Shown in pieces: positions 47,521-62,339 of a stretch of DNA of 64,000 nucleotides. A program made the position numbers and the translations under genes. The DNA comes from Octopus bimaculoides. Lineage: Eukaryota. How positions within the stretch are numbered: position 1 is the first letter of the stretch; every line of letters begins with the position of its first letter. The stretch is from contig NC_068995.1 of the NCBI RefSeq assembly GCF_001194135.2, positions 45,464,769-45,528,768 on the forward strand, written 5' to 3'. The notes under the pieces were generated by a model, which saw only the letters and a list, made by a program, of their open reading frames with translations, was not told the origin of the DNA and made no database searches.

Positions 47521-47889
47521 CACATTTTGACACTCGGCCAGCAATTTCAGTTGATTACAGCAGCCTCAGTGATTAACTGGTACTGATTTTATCGCCCACT
47601 GAAAGAAAGAAAGAACGACAGACAAAAAGCTACTAAGCATTTTGCCTAACACTCTAACATCTCTGGCGGCTTGCTGCCTTTCAGTAGCAGTTATTTTACT
47701 AAATTCTTCATTATTTTTCAAATAGTGATGGTAACAAATGAGTTTATTCCATCTTATTATATCAATCTAACAGAAGTTTTTTTTTTCTATTTTTAAAAAG
47801 AGAAATATAAAAAAAAATAAAGCATGCTCTCCCATCCATTCTTCCTTTGACCACTCACCTGGATTCTTTTTTTTTTTGTATTTAAGCAT

Positions 47890-47981
47890 TTAACATCTTT
47901 TACTTGTTTCAGTCATTGGACTGCAGACATGCTGGATCCCTGGCTTTGAGGGTTTAGTCAAGCACATTGACCTCAGTGCTT

Positions 47982-48017
<36 letters not shown>

Positions 48018-48280
48018 TGCTTTAGAAGACCATTACTTATTCTATTGAGCTCTTTGGCCAAACTGCTACATCACAGGAATGTAAACAAACCAGCACCAAT
48101 TGTCAAGCACTGGTGAGGAGCAAATTCACACACACACACACACACATAACAGGCTTCTTTCTGTTTCCATCTACCAAATCCACTCACAAGGCTTTGGTTA
48201 GCCTGGAGCCTTAGTAGAAGACATTTGCCCAAGGTGCCATGTGGTGGAACTGAACATGGAGCCATGTGGCTGAGAAGAGA
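47890..48280 (-). mobile_element. Octopus SINE
   Basis: Reverse tail tttacttgtttcagtcatt and reverse head ggaactgaac...atgtggctgagaag. Confidence 0.8.
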
Positions 48281-48725
48281 ACTTCTCATCACACATCCAC
48301 ACCTTCAACTGCTTAAGCTAGTAAAATTTAAAGCTTCATCATTCTGGCAGTGTTTTAAAGCTCCAATCAGTTATTATACAGGGTATCCACAAAGTCTGGA
48401 TACATGGGGATTAACACATACTTTAAGAAATTATTATTTCTTATATTTAATTGTTTATGTTATGGTTTTATTTACTCCATGTAGCCAGACTTTGTGGACA
48501 CCCTGTAGATCCATTGAAATCTACTCAATCAATTAATTCCGTTCAGCTCTTTTTCAGCATTGCTAATAGCCAAACAAGTGCCTGGCCGATCTTGGCTCAA
48601 TCTTACAAACTGCCATCTGCTAACCCATGGCTACCTCTACCTTTTGGCAGGTTATGATCTAACATTTTGGACCAAAGGTTTTAACATCTTATCAAGTTAT
48701 AACAAACAGAAGGGCCCTAAGAGGA

Positions 48726-48935
48726 TTAATCCATTTGTTACCATATTTCTGTTGAAACACACAGCCTTTATTTCAGATGATTTTTAAAATAATGAATTTG
48801 GTAAAGCTGGTGTTAAAAGCATAAATTAACATGACACTTCAATGGAACATTTTCAATTTAAATCACTTCAAAATGTGAAGTTTTGTATCAAAGGACCAGG
48901 AGCAGTCTCAGAAGGATTAATGTCAAAAGGGTTAA
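48726..48935. mobile_element. TTAA-type MITE (piggyBac-like ends)
   Basis: TTAATCCATTTGTTACC...GTCAAAAGGGTTAA. Confidence 0.6.
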
Positions 48936-49830
48936 GTGTTTATAAGGGATTTTCAAACTCAAATGTTATTGGTTAGATTTGGAATTTCTTTGCTACAGGC
49001 AGAGAAGCTTCTGTGATGATGCCCAACTTGGTAGAAATGACTATTAAATTTTTCTTAAATCATATCCTGCAGTCTTTTATAAAGGAAGGACACATCGCTA
49101 GGAATTGCTAGATGAGACATTAAAATACTCTATGTGTGTGTGTGTGTGTTATAGACAGTCTAGAACAGTTTTTTGCTATGTTTTTGTAATATATCCAACT
49201 ACCATCACTGAATAATACAGAGCTGGGGCATGGCTGTGTGGGTAAGAAGCTTGCTTGGCAACCAAGTGGTTTTGGGTTCAGTCCTGTCATGTGACACATT
49301 GGGCAAGTGTCTTCTACTGTAGCCTTGTGCCAACCAAAGCTTTATGTATTTCTACATATACAATGAACACAGCTGAAATATTTTTAATTATTGATCTGCT
49401 GGATCACGACTGGCCTACAGCTAAACAACAACTTCACAAATCTCTGTTTATTCATCAAGGAATTCAGCACCATTTGCTATTTGAATAGTAAGTCTATAAT
49501 AATAATTTGGCATTTTTATTTTAGAAAGTTGGAGAATGGAGGTGGTTGTTTGGTTATGGCTGTTGGACACTTGTTGCTATGGAGATGAATCAATTAATTT
49601 GTTCTCAGATTAACATCTCCCCTGCTTTCATATTACAATAATTCCAAATATTTCTCTCTATAGTTAGATCCAAAATAACTGAACAATAGTAATCTAATGG
49701 CTTCTTTGTCAGTTAACGACTATCTAAAGGCTGCAAGTGGGTGCCATTTTTATCTCAAACCTTACTCCAATTAGGCTACACATCACCCAACAAAAATATA
49801 TAAACTTATACAGAATTAATTATGAATTCA

Positions 49831-49900
<70 letters not shown>

Positions 49901-51314
49901 TTATAATGCACAAACTCTTGGAGAGAATATGCCGGTCTCGCTGGGATTGGGTTCCCTGTGTTGGCCACTATCCAATTAGATTAAAATCCTGATTCCTATA
50001 GAGAGATCAAATAGACTTATTGGCATCACTTCCACCACCTCCTTTTACTTGAAGGAGGTGTAGAATGATGGGCCAAATTTGGAATCAACAATATTTGAAC
50101 TCCTAACTTTGAAACATTGCTAGGAATTGCTAGATGAGACATTAAAATACTCTATGTGTGTGTGTGTGTGTTATAGACAGTCTAGAACAGTTTTTTGCTA
50201 TGTTTTTGTGATATAGCCAACTATCATCACTGAATAATACAGAGCTGGGGCATGGCTGTGTGGGTAAGAAGCTTGCTTGGCAACCAAGTGGTTTTGGGTT
50301 CAGTCCTGTCATTTGACACTTTGGGCAAGTGTCTTCTGCTGTAGCCTTGTGCCAACCAAAGCTTTGCCAGTGANNNNNNNNNNACCAAGTGGTTTTGGGT
50401 TCAGTCCTGTCATTTGACACTTTGGGCAAGTGTCTTCTGCTGTAGCCTTGTGCCAACCAAAGCTTTGCCAGTGAATTTGGCTAATGGATATTATATGGAA
50501 GCCTGGTGTGTACATATGTATATTTATGCTTGTGTTTGTCCCTCCCCACTGTCACAACCGATGTTGGTTTGTTTACATCCCCGTAACTTAGCAGTTTGGC
50601 AAAAGCGTTGGATAGAATAAACACTTTGACGTTTCCATTTTTCCTGAATGTCAAACTAATACACCTGGTTTGTTGTTTCTTCACCTGTCTGTGTCTTTTG
50701 TTTTTTTTGTGCTATTTTAAACTCTCTGTGTGTGTGTGTGTGTGTGATCATGACTTTTTATCTTGACATTTCATGCTTAGTTAATATATGGTGATATCAA
50801 AACAAAATTGAAATATCTTTGTATTTCAGATTTTACCTGTAATTAGAGTTGAGATAAAGATTACACCCATCCATCTTCGCTGCTCACTGTTCCTGGGAGG
50901 GTTGTTGGGGTAGAATCCTCAGGCATTTCTTCCATACGGTCCTATCAGAAACAACTATCATTAGACTTGCCAGCAATGTTAGCTTGGACAGGATTTGAAC
51001 TCATAACTAATTACCTCAAAGTATTTTGTCACCAATATTTTACCAATTCTACCATCTACTCCTTATTAACCCAAGGGTTAGTTTAACACTGCACCTTACT
51101 GGCCTGTATGTATTCTTTCTGTGGGTTTGCTCAATGTAGAGCTAATTTGAGATTATAAGAGTAAATTTGTACTTGCCTCAGGACAAAATATACTTCTATT
51201 CACACATGTAACCAGCATAATTTTATTGGTCAAGAAGTCCCTTTTTTTCTTTTCTTTTTCGCCCAATCAAGTGGCAATAAATATAAAGTAGGAAGAAGAA
51301 AAAAATTAGTATAT

Positions 51315-51388
<74 letters not shown>

Positions 51389-51864
51389 ATAATAGTCTTC
51401 ATCATTGTTACCAATGCCACCACCATCATTATTATCATTGACTTTGTTATTGTTTTACTATCCACTTTCCCTGCCGGCATTTGGCATTCATTGGGTTTGC
51501 TATAAACACATAATATATTATTTAACAGCCTGGACAAATGAATACAAGACTTGACCTAGAGAAGCAGGAAATATTTCATAGTTTAGGATCAATAAACGAA
51601 TACACAACTATGGTGATTCAGAAAGAAAGAACGAAACTGGAGTGGCCTTTTAGAAAGAGTTTAGATTGGTTATTGCTTTTCTGGAGCCTCTAACTCTTTT
51701 ATGCCCTCGACACCAACAACAGTAGCATTTGTCTGAGCCCCCCCTCCTCTGTGATTTTCACTACACTTATTTATGGCAAAATTACCTGGAAATACATCAC
51801 TAAATCTGTTCTTCTCTTTAGATATGTGATAACAGCATGTTTTCCTGTGTAGATTAGTTTATAT

Positions 51865-52748
51865 CAGTGGTTCTTAACCATTTTCTTTTAATCTATGGAC
51901 TTCTTTGATTCCTACATTATTTGTATGAACCCTCATAGCCGTTTGATGTTAAAAAAACAATCCTATTTTAGCGTGGAAGGTGTTCATAAGCCATTTAAGA
52001 AACACACAAAAACTGTTAGGTTCACTTCAACATTTAAATTTAATTTGTGTCAAAATATTTTCGTCGCTTTGAGACCGCGACCTGTTCACTGACAAAATTC
52101 TGTGCTGCATCTGAGAAAGTAACAGTTAGTTCATGATATATATGTACGTATGTATGTATGTGTGTGTGTATGTATGCATGTATGTATATATAGTCTTTTT
52201 TTTTTCTCCCTACTATTTTAGTTTTATCATTAAATATTGGTTTCAAATTTTGAGCCAGCGGGTAAGTCAATTACATCAACCAAGTATTCAACTGGTACTT
52301 GTTTTATTGATCCCCAGAAAGACAAAGGGCAAAGTCAACCTTGGCAGAATTTGAACTCAGAACATAAAGACCCAAGATGCCACTAAGCATTTTGCTCGGC
52401 ATGTTAACAGTTGCGCCATCTTGCCGTCTTTTTATCATTAAATATTAGTAGGAATTATATAACAAAATTATTTAAAATATTTTACGGAGATGTACTTGCA
52501 TAGCAAGTGACCTGATCTGAGATCATGTGCTGGAACGAAAACAATTGCAGCATGGAAGGTGTTTATAAGCCATTTAAAATAACACACGAAGACCGTTAGA
52601 TTCACTTCAACATTTAAATTTAATTTGTCAAAAACACCTTCCACGCTGCAATTGTTAAAATATTTTATATATTACAAAAGTATAACCAGTTTTTTGCACA
52701 TAAACTTTAACAACAAAATCTTATATGGGCCCTAGTTAAAAGCCATTG
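51865..52748. mobile_element. hAT-type MITE interrupted by SINE-like insertions
   Basis: Left end cagtggttcttaacc, right end ...ctagttaaaagccattg; SINE core at 52260-52430; paired gcgtggaaggtgttcataagcc segments at about 51970 and 52550. Confidence 0.5.
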
Positions 52749-52999
52749 ATTTGAATGCTCACCGTTTTGTGCCTTGAGAGTTTGCTCTGGCATCTCATCA
52801 CCATAATCTTTATCTTTTTTTACAGCTACTCCCACCCACTCTTATACAATGCAGGGTGGTTGTGTATTTCTTCTATAGCATGGTACCTGTACCTGTCTAT
52901 CATACTTTAGCCCCTCAACACCTAACATAAAGCTACCTCCCCCTCTTTCAAATAAACTCTTACTCAGAGAAGAGGGGGGTCTTTTTCTTGTCCTACAAG

Positions 53000-53220
53000 T
53001 TAGTTGGTAACGTCACTAGTGCAAGTGTCATAAATATAGGTACCCAGTATACATTGTAAAGTGGTTGGTGTCAAGAAGGGCATCCTGCTGTAGAAACCAT
53101 GCCAAAGCTGACATAGGAGCATAACATAGTCCTGTAGCTTGTCAGATTGTATCAAACCATCCAACCTACGACAGCATAGAAAAACAAATGTTAAGTGATG
53201 ATGATGATGATGATGATAAG
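53000..53220 (+). mobile_element. RTE-LINE 3' tail with (TGA)n
   Basis: aagggcatcctgctgtagaaaccatgcc...gttaagtgatgatgatg. Confidence 0.75.
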
Positions 53221-53749
53221 TTAAGACCAATGCCCTGTTTTTTGATGGGAACACTTAGGCCAAACCACATCCTACTACCATGCCGTTGACCTTTAGTTGA
53301 TATGAAATCTTTGAAGAGAGCCTTTTGACCTGTTCAATATTTCAGCCAGGAAACACTTCTGTTTTTAGAAATAGGAACTTTGTGTGTTTCAATCTGTTTG
53401 TTATGGAAATCAGATACATCTACTCAAAATTTCATTACTCTCAACTTTGCTGAGATATGTCAAGTTTATTGAGGCAAAGTGACTTGCAGAAATATCAATT
53501 TTTTAAATATATTTTTTATTTTTATGTTATTTATTAAGTGTTTGTTTTGCTAGATATTCGACATTGTTACTGGAATAACCATGAAATTTAATTTTGCAGT
53601 TAAAGTCTAGTATGGCATTACCTCATGGAAAAAAAAAATGAAATAATGAATCCTTGTCATCATTTAACGTTTGTTTTCCATGCTGACATGGGTTAGATTA
53701 TTTCACAGGAACTGGTAAGCCAGAGAGCTGCATCAGGCTCCAGTTGTTT

Positions 53750-53973
53750 GTTTTGGCTTCGAGCACCACCTTTAGTCAAGCAAATCGACCCCAGGACTTA
53801 TTCTTTGTAAGCCTAGTACTTGTTCTATCGGTCTCTTTTGCCGAACCGGTAAGCTACGGGGACGTAAACACACCACCATCGGTTGTCAAGCGATGTTGGG
53901 GGGACAAACACAGATACACAAACATATACACATACATATATATATATATACATATATACGACGGGCTTCTTTC
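53750..53973 (-). mobile_element. Octopus SINE running into an N gap
   Basis: tagtcaagcaaatcgaccccaggactt...gacgtaaacacacc...tacgacgggcttctttc. Confidence 0.8.
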
Positions 53974-54627
53974 NNNNNNNNNNNNNNNNNNNNNNNNNNN
54001 NNNNNNNNNNNNNNNNNNNNNNNNNNNNNNNNNNNNNNNNNNNNNNNNNNNNNNNNNNNNNNNNNNNNNNNNNNNNNNNNNNNNNNNNNNNNNNNNNNNN
54101 NNNNNNNNNNNNNNNNNNNNNNNNNNNNNNNNNNNNNNNNNNNNNNNNNNNNNNNNNNNNNNNNNNNNNNNNNNNNNNNNNNNNNNNNNNNNNNNNNNNN
54201 NNNNNNNNNNNNNNNNNNNNNNNNNNNNNNNNNNNNNNNNNNNNNNNNNNNNNNNNNNNNNNNNNNNNNNNNNNNNNNNNNNNNNNNNNNNNNNNNNNNN
54301 NNNNNNNNNNNNNNNNNNNNNNNNNNNNNNNNNNNNNNNNNNNNNNNNNNNNNNNNNNNNNNNNNNNNNNNNNNNNNNNNNNNNNNNNNNNNNNNNNNNN
54401 NNNNNNNNNNNNNNNNNNNNNNNNNNNNNNNNNNNNNNNNNNNNNNNNNNNNNNNNNNNNNNNNNNNNNNNNNNNNNNNNNNNNNNNNNNNNNNNNNNNN
54501 NNNNNNNNNNNNNNNNNNNNNNNNNNNNNNNNNNNNNNNNNNNNNNNNNNNNNNNNNNNNNNNNNNNNNNNNNNNNNNNNNNNNNNNNNNNNNNNNNNNN
54601 NNNNNNNNNNNNNNNNNNNNNNNNNNN

Positions 54628-54658
<31 letters not shown>

Positions 54659-56730
54659 GTGTATGTGTATCATATATATATATATATATATATATATAAT
54701 GTGCATGTGTGTATGTATATACACACACACATGTAGATTTCTGTGTTTCTGCTTTTTTCTTCTCTCCAACTAACCATGTATTTCTCTCTCTCATATGTGT
54801 GTGTATAATATATATATATATATANNNNNNNNNNTTTTCTGTGTGTTTGTCCCCAGCTCTTACACCCATTCATTCCTTTTTCTCCTTTTCCTCTTTTGAT
54901 CAACTTCTGTGCACCAACATTTCTCTCTTTCTCTCTCTCTCTCTCAATGTGTATGTGCATCATATATATATATATATATAATGTGCATGTGTGTATGTAT
55001 ATACACACACACATGTAGATTTCTGTGTTTCTGCTTTTTTCTTCTCTCCAACTAACCATGTATTTCTCTCTCTCATATGTGTGTGTATAATATATATATA
55101 TATATATATATGCACACGCACACACACATACATATATGCTCATACACAGATTTCATTGTTTCTGTCTATTTGCCTCTCTTTTACCCCTCCAACTATCCAC
55201 ATCTCTGTCTCTCTTTCTCCTCATTCTTTTTCATGTCAAAATACTCCATATTTATGTATTTCTCTCCCATCATTTCCTGTCTATTGTGAAAACATAACTC
55301 TGCAATATCAAATTGGCTTCCATAATTCCATCTCTGTCGGCCACTTTGCTTTATTATTATCATTATTATTATTATTATTATTATTCTTTTGTTTATTTAT
55401 GTGGTGGGGAGGAGGGTTTCTATCCCAGGACATCTAAAGGAATTGACTTTCCCCAAGGGTTGGGGAAGGATATGGAGAAACAAGAATTTTGTGTATTTTT
55501 GCTATTCTATTTCAGTTACTTAAAAAGTATTTTGAAATTGATCAACGAAAGAAAAATAGGAATTTTATGTGTGTGTGTGTAATGTGTCTATATATGTATA
55601 TGTGCATAAAAGAAAATACAACTGAAAAATGAAATTACTATTTAGAAATTCATTTACATCTGTACATGTGTGTGTGTGTGTGTGAAATCTCAGCTGAAGT
55701 GGGGGAAGGATTGGGCATGAAGAAGATGGATTACTTACACAGGAAATTATGTCATTGAATCATAATGGTTATCTTAAAATTTCAACTCTATTTCCACAAT
55801 ATGGCAATAGGTGGAGAGTGGAGGAAGGGGAACAATAATTGTTTAGTGTCCTGCTCAAAATAACAGTGTGATAATGGATTGATAGAATGGAAGAATGATC
55901 AACGTGTGTACTAGTGGACACAAGGCCATCATGCGGATAACCACTTTTTAGATTGTCTGTTTGCTTATCAACAATACAACTGAAGCAATATACCTCAGGA
56001 GGCTATATTTAATATAGTGGGTCGAAAAATGTTGAGATCCCAGCAATTAGTAGGCAAAACTTCAATGAAGTTGTTTAAAATCGAAAAGAAGGGGAAATAA
56101 CTCTTATCAGATCAGTTGATTGAAACATGCTCATTGCTTTCACCCATTGGCTTACCTCAGTCAATCTGGTTTCATGATGCAAGCCTCTTGTTTAAAGTGA
56201 TCTAAATTAAAACCTTCCATTAAAATTTCATGTTAATTCATATTCCTAATGCCGGCTTAAGTGAATCAAAGGCAATGTATTTCAACAGAATATGGTAACG
56301 TGAATTGTTGCAAAATCATAATAATGGAGATCTCAAAAATTAGATGTGGTGAGTGCAAACAGGTTTTGTATGTGAAATCAGCACCCCAAAATCATGCTGG
56401 AGCAACTATTTTTATGTTTGCCTCAGTTTCTCTGTAAACCAGTGAAATCAAATCCATTGCAATCTGCATTGTTTGTATCTTCCAAAAATTTTGGTTGACT
56501 TTTCTTTTTGTCTTCTTGCTTGTTTTCTCTAGATTTTAGATACTCCTCAGTAGTAGCACTTTGTCTAGCATTTACTTCAGCAATCTCACATAATGTTTCT
56601 CAACTTACTATGTTAGATATGTGGGACTCTGTGAAACCCTTGGTGTTTGTATTTAGCTTACAGAACACTGCCTTAAGATACTTTCCATCAGCCATGTTGA
56701 TATTCATAATGAGCATCACTACATTCCCTC

Positions 56731-56779
<49 letters not shown>

Positions 56780-57469
56780 TATATAATGTGTGTTTACCCT
56801 TGCCTTGAAATCGTGTGATGGTTGTAAACAAAGCAGCATAGCAATACGAATAGTGTTTATTTCTAGTATTCTGTGGAAAATGTGTCTGGCCATAGAGAAA
56901 TATTACCATGCTAGGAAACAGGTGAGGGTTGATGACAGGAAGGACATCCAGCCATGGAAAGCCTGCCTCAGTGAATTTCATTTTCCCTATGCAAACATGG
57001 TAAAGTGAACAGTAAAATAATCATGTTGATGATAAATGAGATGTTTGTGTGTGTGTGTGATTTCCCTTCTCTTATATCATACAAATATTAAATATTAAAA
57101 ACACGTATTTTAATCAAGAATGAAGTATTTGCAAGTGTTGTGTACATTGATTTTTTTTTTTTTGTTCCAAATATGTTATTACACAACCCAGTACTTCAAT
57201 AATTAGAAGTATTGATGTAAGCTTTATACATATATCGAATGTATATATTAGTCATTCATTATCTTTTTGCTTGTTTATTATGAAGAGGAGGAACATTATT
57301 TTACTGTAACAAGCTAATCTTTAGCACCAGTGCTGGAATAGGTTTTGGCAAGAATCTTTCTCTAGCAGAAGTCCTATCCAAGTTGATGATTATCTCTCAT
57401 CTGGTGAGATCGAAACACTTGGTGTTCATCTAGAACAGGGGGTTGGAAAAGTGGTCAAGGGATGTAAAC

Positions 57470-57950
57470 ATATCAACACCGGTTATCAAGTGCTGATGGG
57501 GAGAAAAACATACACACATAGATGTATACGCACACACACACACACACACACACACAACGGGCTTCTTTCAGTTTCCTATTTCTTTACTGCCCACAAGGAG
57601 CTACACACAGAGGGGACAAACAAGGACAGACAAACGGATTAAGTCGATTATATCGACTCCAGTGCGTAACTGGTACTTATTTAATCGACCCCGAAAGGAT
57701 GAAAGGCAAAGTCAACCTCGGCGGAATTTAAACTCAGAACATAATGGCAGACGAAATACCGCTAAGCATTCCGCCCGGTGTGCTAAAGTTTCTGCCAACT
57801 CGGCTTCTTTCAGTTTTTGTCTACCAAATCCACTCACAAGGTTTTGATCGACCTGAGATTATAGTAGAAGACTCTCAAGGTGCCACGCAGCAGAACTGAA
57901 CCCTAAACCATGTGTTTGGGAAGCAAGTTTCGTAGCCTACAGCAATGCCT
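57470..57950 (-). mobile_element. Nested SINEs (one inserted into another)
   Basis: gggcttctttcagtttc at 57560 resumes at about 57805 after an inserted core at 57590-57800. Confidence 0.65.
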
Positions 57951-59009
57951 GCACTTGTATAAAATTGCATAAATTGTATAAGAAAATTTTTTTTAATATT
58001 TTGTGTATTGTAGAAGTATAACCAGTTTATTGGACATAAATTTTAACAGCAAAAAATCTTATGTGGTCCCCAGTTAGGAACCACTGCTCAAACCATTAGG
58101 CTGTAAATTAATCTTGGTCAAAACTGACTTTTGTGGAGGTCAGTAATTGATCAAGGCTAAAGTATTTTCTGACACTAAAAGAGAAACCTGGCCTTTGAAA
58201 TGAGGTTTTCACAATGTTCTGTGGTTACCATATAAGATCTTAAGAGGCTGTTTGATCTAGAATCTCCTTATAATAGGTCTATTCTGCTTTCATTTTATTG
58301 CCATTTTATATACAACATTCCAAGCAGTATTCTTTACATTTATGGATGTGTGAAAAAAAAAAAAAAAAAAAAAACATTTAGGTCTTATCTGTCCATCTTC
58401 TGCCACCAAATTTTACTTCCTACAAACATCATACTGTGGGGCAGTTACTGATGCTGTAGATTTTTGTCTTCTTTGTCCACTCAACAAACACAGTACACAC
58501 TGTCGTAGCTAGGTTCTTTGGCTTAAGGTCACTACCACCACCACCACCACCACCACTAAGTAATTAAGTGGTTATCTCCTGCTCCACAAACAGAAAACAC
58601 ATGCACATCAAAGTTAATGTGAATGTGTGTATGCACTTTGTGCATATGTCTGTGTGTGTGTGTGTGTGCATGTTGATATGTGTACTTCAGTGCCTGTTTA
58701 TACATATATGTATATATGCTTTTGTGTATGCACTTGCATGCATGTAAATATGCATTGTTTGTGTGTGTGTGAGGAAGAGTTAATTTGATAGATAGAATGA
58801 TATATATATAAGCATGCACACATACATACGCATTACACACGCTGCTGAAATGCAATATACATTCAGCCATATAACTAAATGACAAAATTTAGATCTATGA
58901 GATACATGTGTGTGTATCTATATCTATTTATCTCTCTATCTATCTGTGTTTGTGTATACATATACACACACACATATGCATATCTCGTCATTTCATAATT
59001 CTTCTTTAA

Positions 59010-59700
59010 TGCCAATGTAGGTGGACATGTCTTCTTCAGTACAGCGTCTTGCCATTTGTTGCTGTCCCTTGTCAGCTTCTTCTTGGTTCAGAATTCTAAG
59101 ATGAGCATTCACCACTCTTCCCACATCTTTATTCATTTATTTTTTCTCTTCTTCCTCTTCAAGTTCTTTCCACTTTTCAATTGAACCATTTCACACATTT
59201 TTACCTGAGTGCCATCCTTCATACTTGACATATGTCCATACCAGCATGGTCTCCTCTCTTACATACTACAACTGATTCCTCTTGCATCCAGGTTTTCTCT
59301 CAGCTCATTTGTGCTCCATTGTTCATACATGCTAGCATTACACATCCAGTGGAGGGGGCTAGTCTCATTTCTTGTCAACCATTTGTCCATACTCTGCATT
59401 CAGTCCTCATGTTTGGCTATCATGCAATAACACACTTCACACACAAGCGTCCGACTGTCTGCCTGTCACTCAGAGACAGAATCCCTCTGTTACCAACATA
59501 GCTAATAAAACCCTGAACTTTTTTCCATTCCATCCTCATTGTGGCTCTGATAATCTCAGAAGACCTAACACCAATGCTAATTCAGTTACCTCAATAAAAC
59601 ATTTTCTCACCAACATCAAGGGAGCCTTTTGGGTACTTCAGAGAACTCATACCTTGATTCCTCTTTCGTGAATGTTCTTGCTGCTAACTACTTTTATGCA
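59010..59700 (-). mobile_element. Decayed RTE LINE ORF2 C-terminal fragment
   Basis: Minus frames give remnants of GWKKFRELL, GLSLRVKGRLYDACV, RRLRWYGHV.RM and GRGRP.KTWDEVV. Confidence 0.75.
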
Positions 59701-60379
59701 TGAGCTGCACATGACATTTCTCTTCCCTGTCAGCTTCTTTGTGATGCAGCTGCACATGACATTTCTCTTCCTTGTCAGCTTCTTTGTGATGCAACTGCAT
59801 CCTTTGTGCACCTGTAGTTAGTTTACATTGGTTAGTCCATATTACTCTGTAGGGAACATAGGGCCAGTTTCCCCACTTCCTCTGGCATATATGTTCCTCA
59901 CTGGATGGGGCACCAGGCCATCACAGGATTACTCATTTTAACCAACTGAGTGGACTGGAGCAGTGTAAAATGAAGTGCTTTGCTGAAGAACACAATGCAC
60001 CACCTGGTCCAGAAATCAAAACCACAATCTTGCAATCATGAATTCAACACCCTAACCACTAAGCCGTGCACCTCCACCACTTAGTTTACATTGGGTACTT
60101 ATAGAATTTCTTCCCAACTACCTTATGTATAAATATAAAGCATTCATGGCCAAATTATGGCTCACAGAACTTCAGAGTTGCATGCTTAAACTAAAAATAC
60201 CCTTGAATTTTTTTTTAGCAGTGTGGCCCATCTTCCTAATGATGGGCTGTATCTTATGTGGCCCACTTCTGGAAAAAGGCTACCCATGTCTGATATAGAA
60301 TATGACCACTTCCCCAGTCAGCAGTTGTCTCAATTTACTAAAATTTTTGTCTCTGCTAACTTTAATCTGAAGTCTCTCA

Positions 60380-60625
60380 ATTTCTAGGATTTCCATCCAT
60401 CCATGTTTGGTAGTTCTTCAGCAGATCCGGTGCTACATAAAAATCCCCCACTACAACTCTGTAAAGTGTTTGGCGTTAGGAAGGGCATCCAGCTGTAGAA
60501 ACCGTACCAAAACAGATAATGAAACCTGGTGCAGCTCCTGGCCTTCCCTACTTCTGTGGAACTGTCCAACCCATGCCAGCATGGAAGACAGATGTTAAAT
60601 AGTGATGATGATGATGATGATGATT
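60380..60625 (+). mobile_element. RTE-LINE 3' tail with (TGA)n
   Basis: ggcgttaggaagggcatccagctgtagaaacc...gttaaatagtgatgatgatg. Confidence 0.75.
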
Positions 60626-60839
60626 CAGTTACGAGAATTAGGTCACTGACATAGTTCCCATAGACAGGTGGTTTATACAGTTCTATAGAATATATATTGA
60701 TAGATTTTTAACCAACGCTATGCATATACACATAAACACCTTGTTTCATTATATACAGACACAAAGTTTTTTTAAGTATTAGATTCAGCTAAAAGAATTA
60801 GGTTGTTAACACCTGGTTTACATTGCACGAGAGAATGTG

Positions 60840-61250
60840 TATCTTTTTATGTTTTTCTTTTTCAATCATTGGATTGTGGCTATGCTGAAGCACCATCTTG
60901 AAGAATTTTTACTCAGATGAATTGACCAGAGTACCTATATATTTTTTTTGTAAGTCTAGTGCTTATTCTCTTGGTCTCTTTTGCCAAACTGCTAAGTTGT
61001 GAGGATGTAAACACACCAACACTGGTTGTCAAGTAGTGTGGGGGATGACACAGGCATAAAGACAAACACACACACATATACACAACAGCTTTCAGTTTCT
61101 CTCTACCAAGGCTTTGGTTTCTACTCAGAAGCTTTGGTCAGCCTGAGGCTATGGTAGAAAACACCTGCCCAAGATGCCACACAGTGGGACAGTACTCTGA
61201 ACCATGTGGTCAGGAAGCAAGCTTCTTAGCACGTGGCCACACCTACAGAT
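60840..61250 (-). mobile_element. Octopus SINE
   Basis: Same tail, body and head motifs as 47890-48280. Confidence 0.75.
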
Positions 61251-62339
61251 TCCTGTAACCAACTTTATAGGCTTATGCTTAGGTCTGTTATGTCTCCAGA
61301 ATTTAAGTTTGAACTAAACCTGATTTTTGTGTTGTTGAAGTAACTGAGATTACACTGCTCATCTTTTACTATAGCCCCAGGCCAACTAAAACCTTGTAAG
61401 TGGATTTGATGTCATTTCCTATAGCCGCAAGTCAACTCAAACCTTGTGAGTGAAATTGGGTAGAAAGGTAGGTAAAAACTGTACAGAATCCTAGTGGTTG
61501 GATTTAGCATGCAGTTCAAAGATACAGCCTTGTTACAAATTAGGTTAAGGCTTTATGTGTTTGTGGAATACTCAGCTACTTGCATGTTAATCATATGAGC
61601 AGGAAATCCAGTTGATCAAAAAACTGGATACCTGTCACGGGGAATTGACAGAAATCCAACCACACACGCACACACCACTCACACAGGCTCACACACACAC
61701 GTGTGCATATACATAAGCCTGACCAATGAACCACTGGACTGGGTGATAGAAAGGAATTTTTAATTTTTCATTTACTACCATTAAAATATGTTTGCTGTAA
61801 ACTGGTTTCAAAGTTGACTTCACCTTGTGTCGCCCACCACCACCACGCCTTTACCACCACTGCTACTATTACCATCACCACTGTCACAACCACTAGTACC
61901 AATACTGCTGTCACCACCACCACCACCACCATCAATGCATCTGACATAAAGACCACTATACGTTGCAACTACCAACCACCCCTAATACTTCTGCCTGACA
62001 CTCCAACGCTGTGTGATCTACTACCAATCTCACCCACTACCAAAATATTGGAGTGGAAGGAGTAGATGAGTGATGAGGGCAGTGGGGTGGGGTNNNNNNN
62101 NNNNNNNNNNNNNNNNNNNNNNNNNNNNNNNNNNNNNNNNNNNNNNNNNNNNNNNNNNNNNNNNNNNNNNNNNNNNNNNNNNNNNNNNNNNNNNNNNNNN
62201 NNNNNNNNNNNNNNNNNNNNNNNNNNNNNNNNNNNNNNNNNNNNNNNNNNNNNNNNNNNNNNNNNNNNNNNNNNNNNNNNNNNNNNNNNNNNNNNNNNNN
62301 NNNNNNNNNNNNNNNNNNNNNNNCCCCACCCACCACCGG

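Noticed and set aside
50284-50470. Repeat across a 10-N gap (also 54627-55110)
   Set aside because: Duplicated contig ends flanking placeholder gaps: assembly artifact
56508-56790. Open frames on both strands (FRYSSVVALCLAF... / MADGKYLKAVFCK...)
   Set aside because: No homology recognised and no consistent neighbouring exons
57320-57405. Plus-strand exon-like segment (gctaatctttag| ... ctg|gtgaga)
   Set aside because: Isolated, and the translation was not recognised
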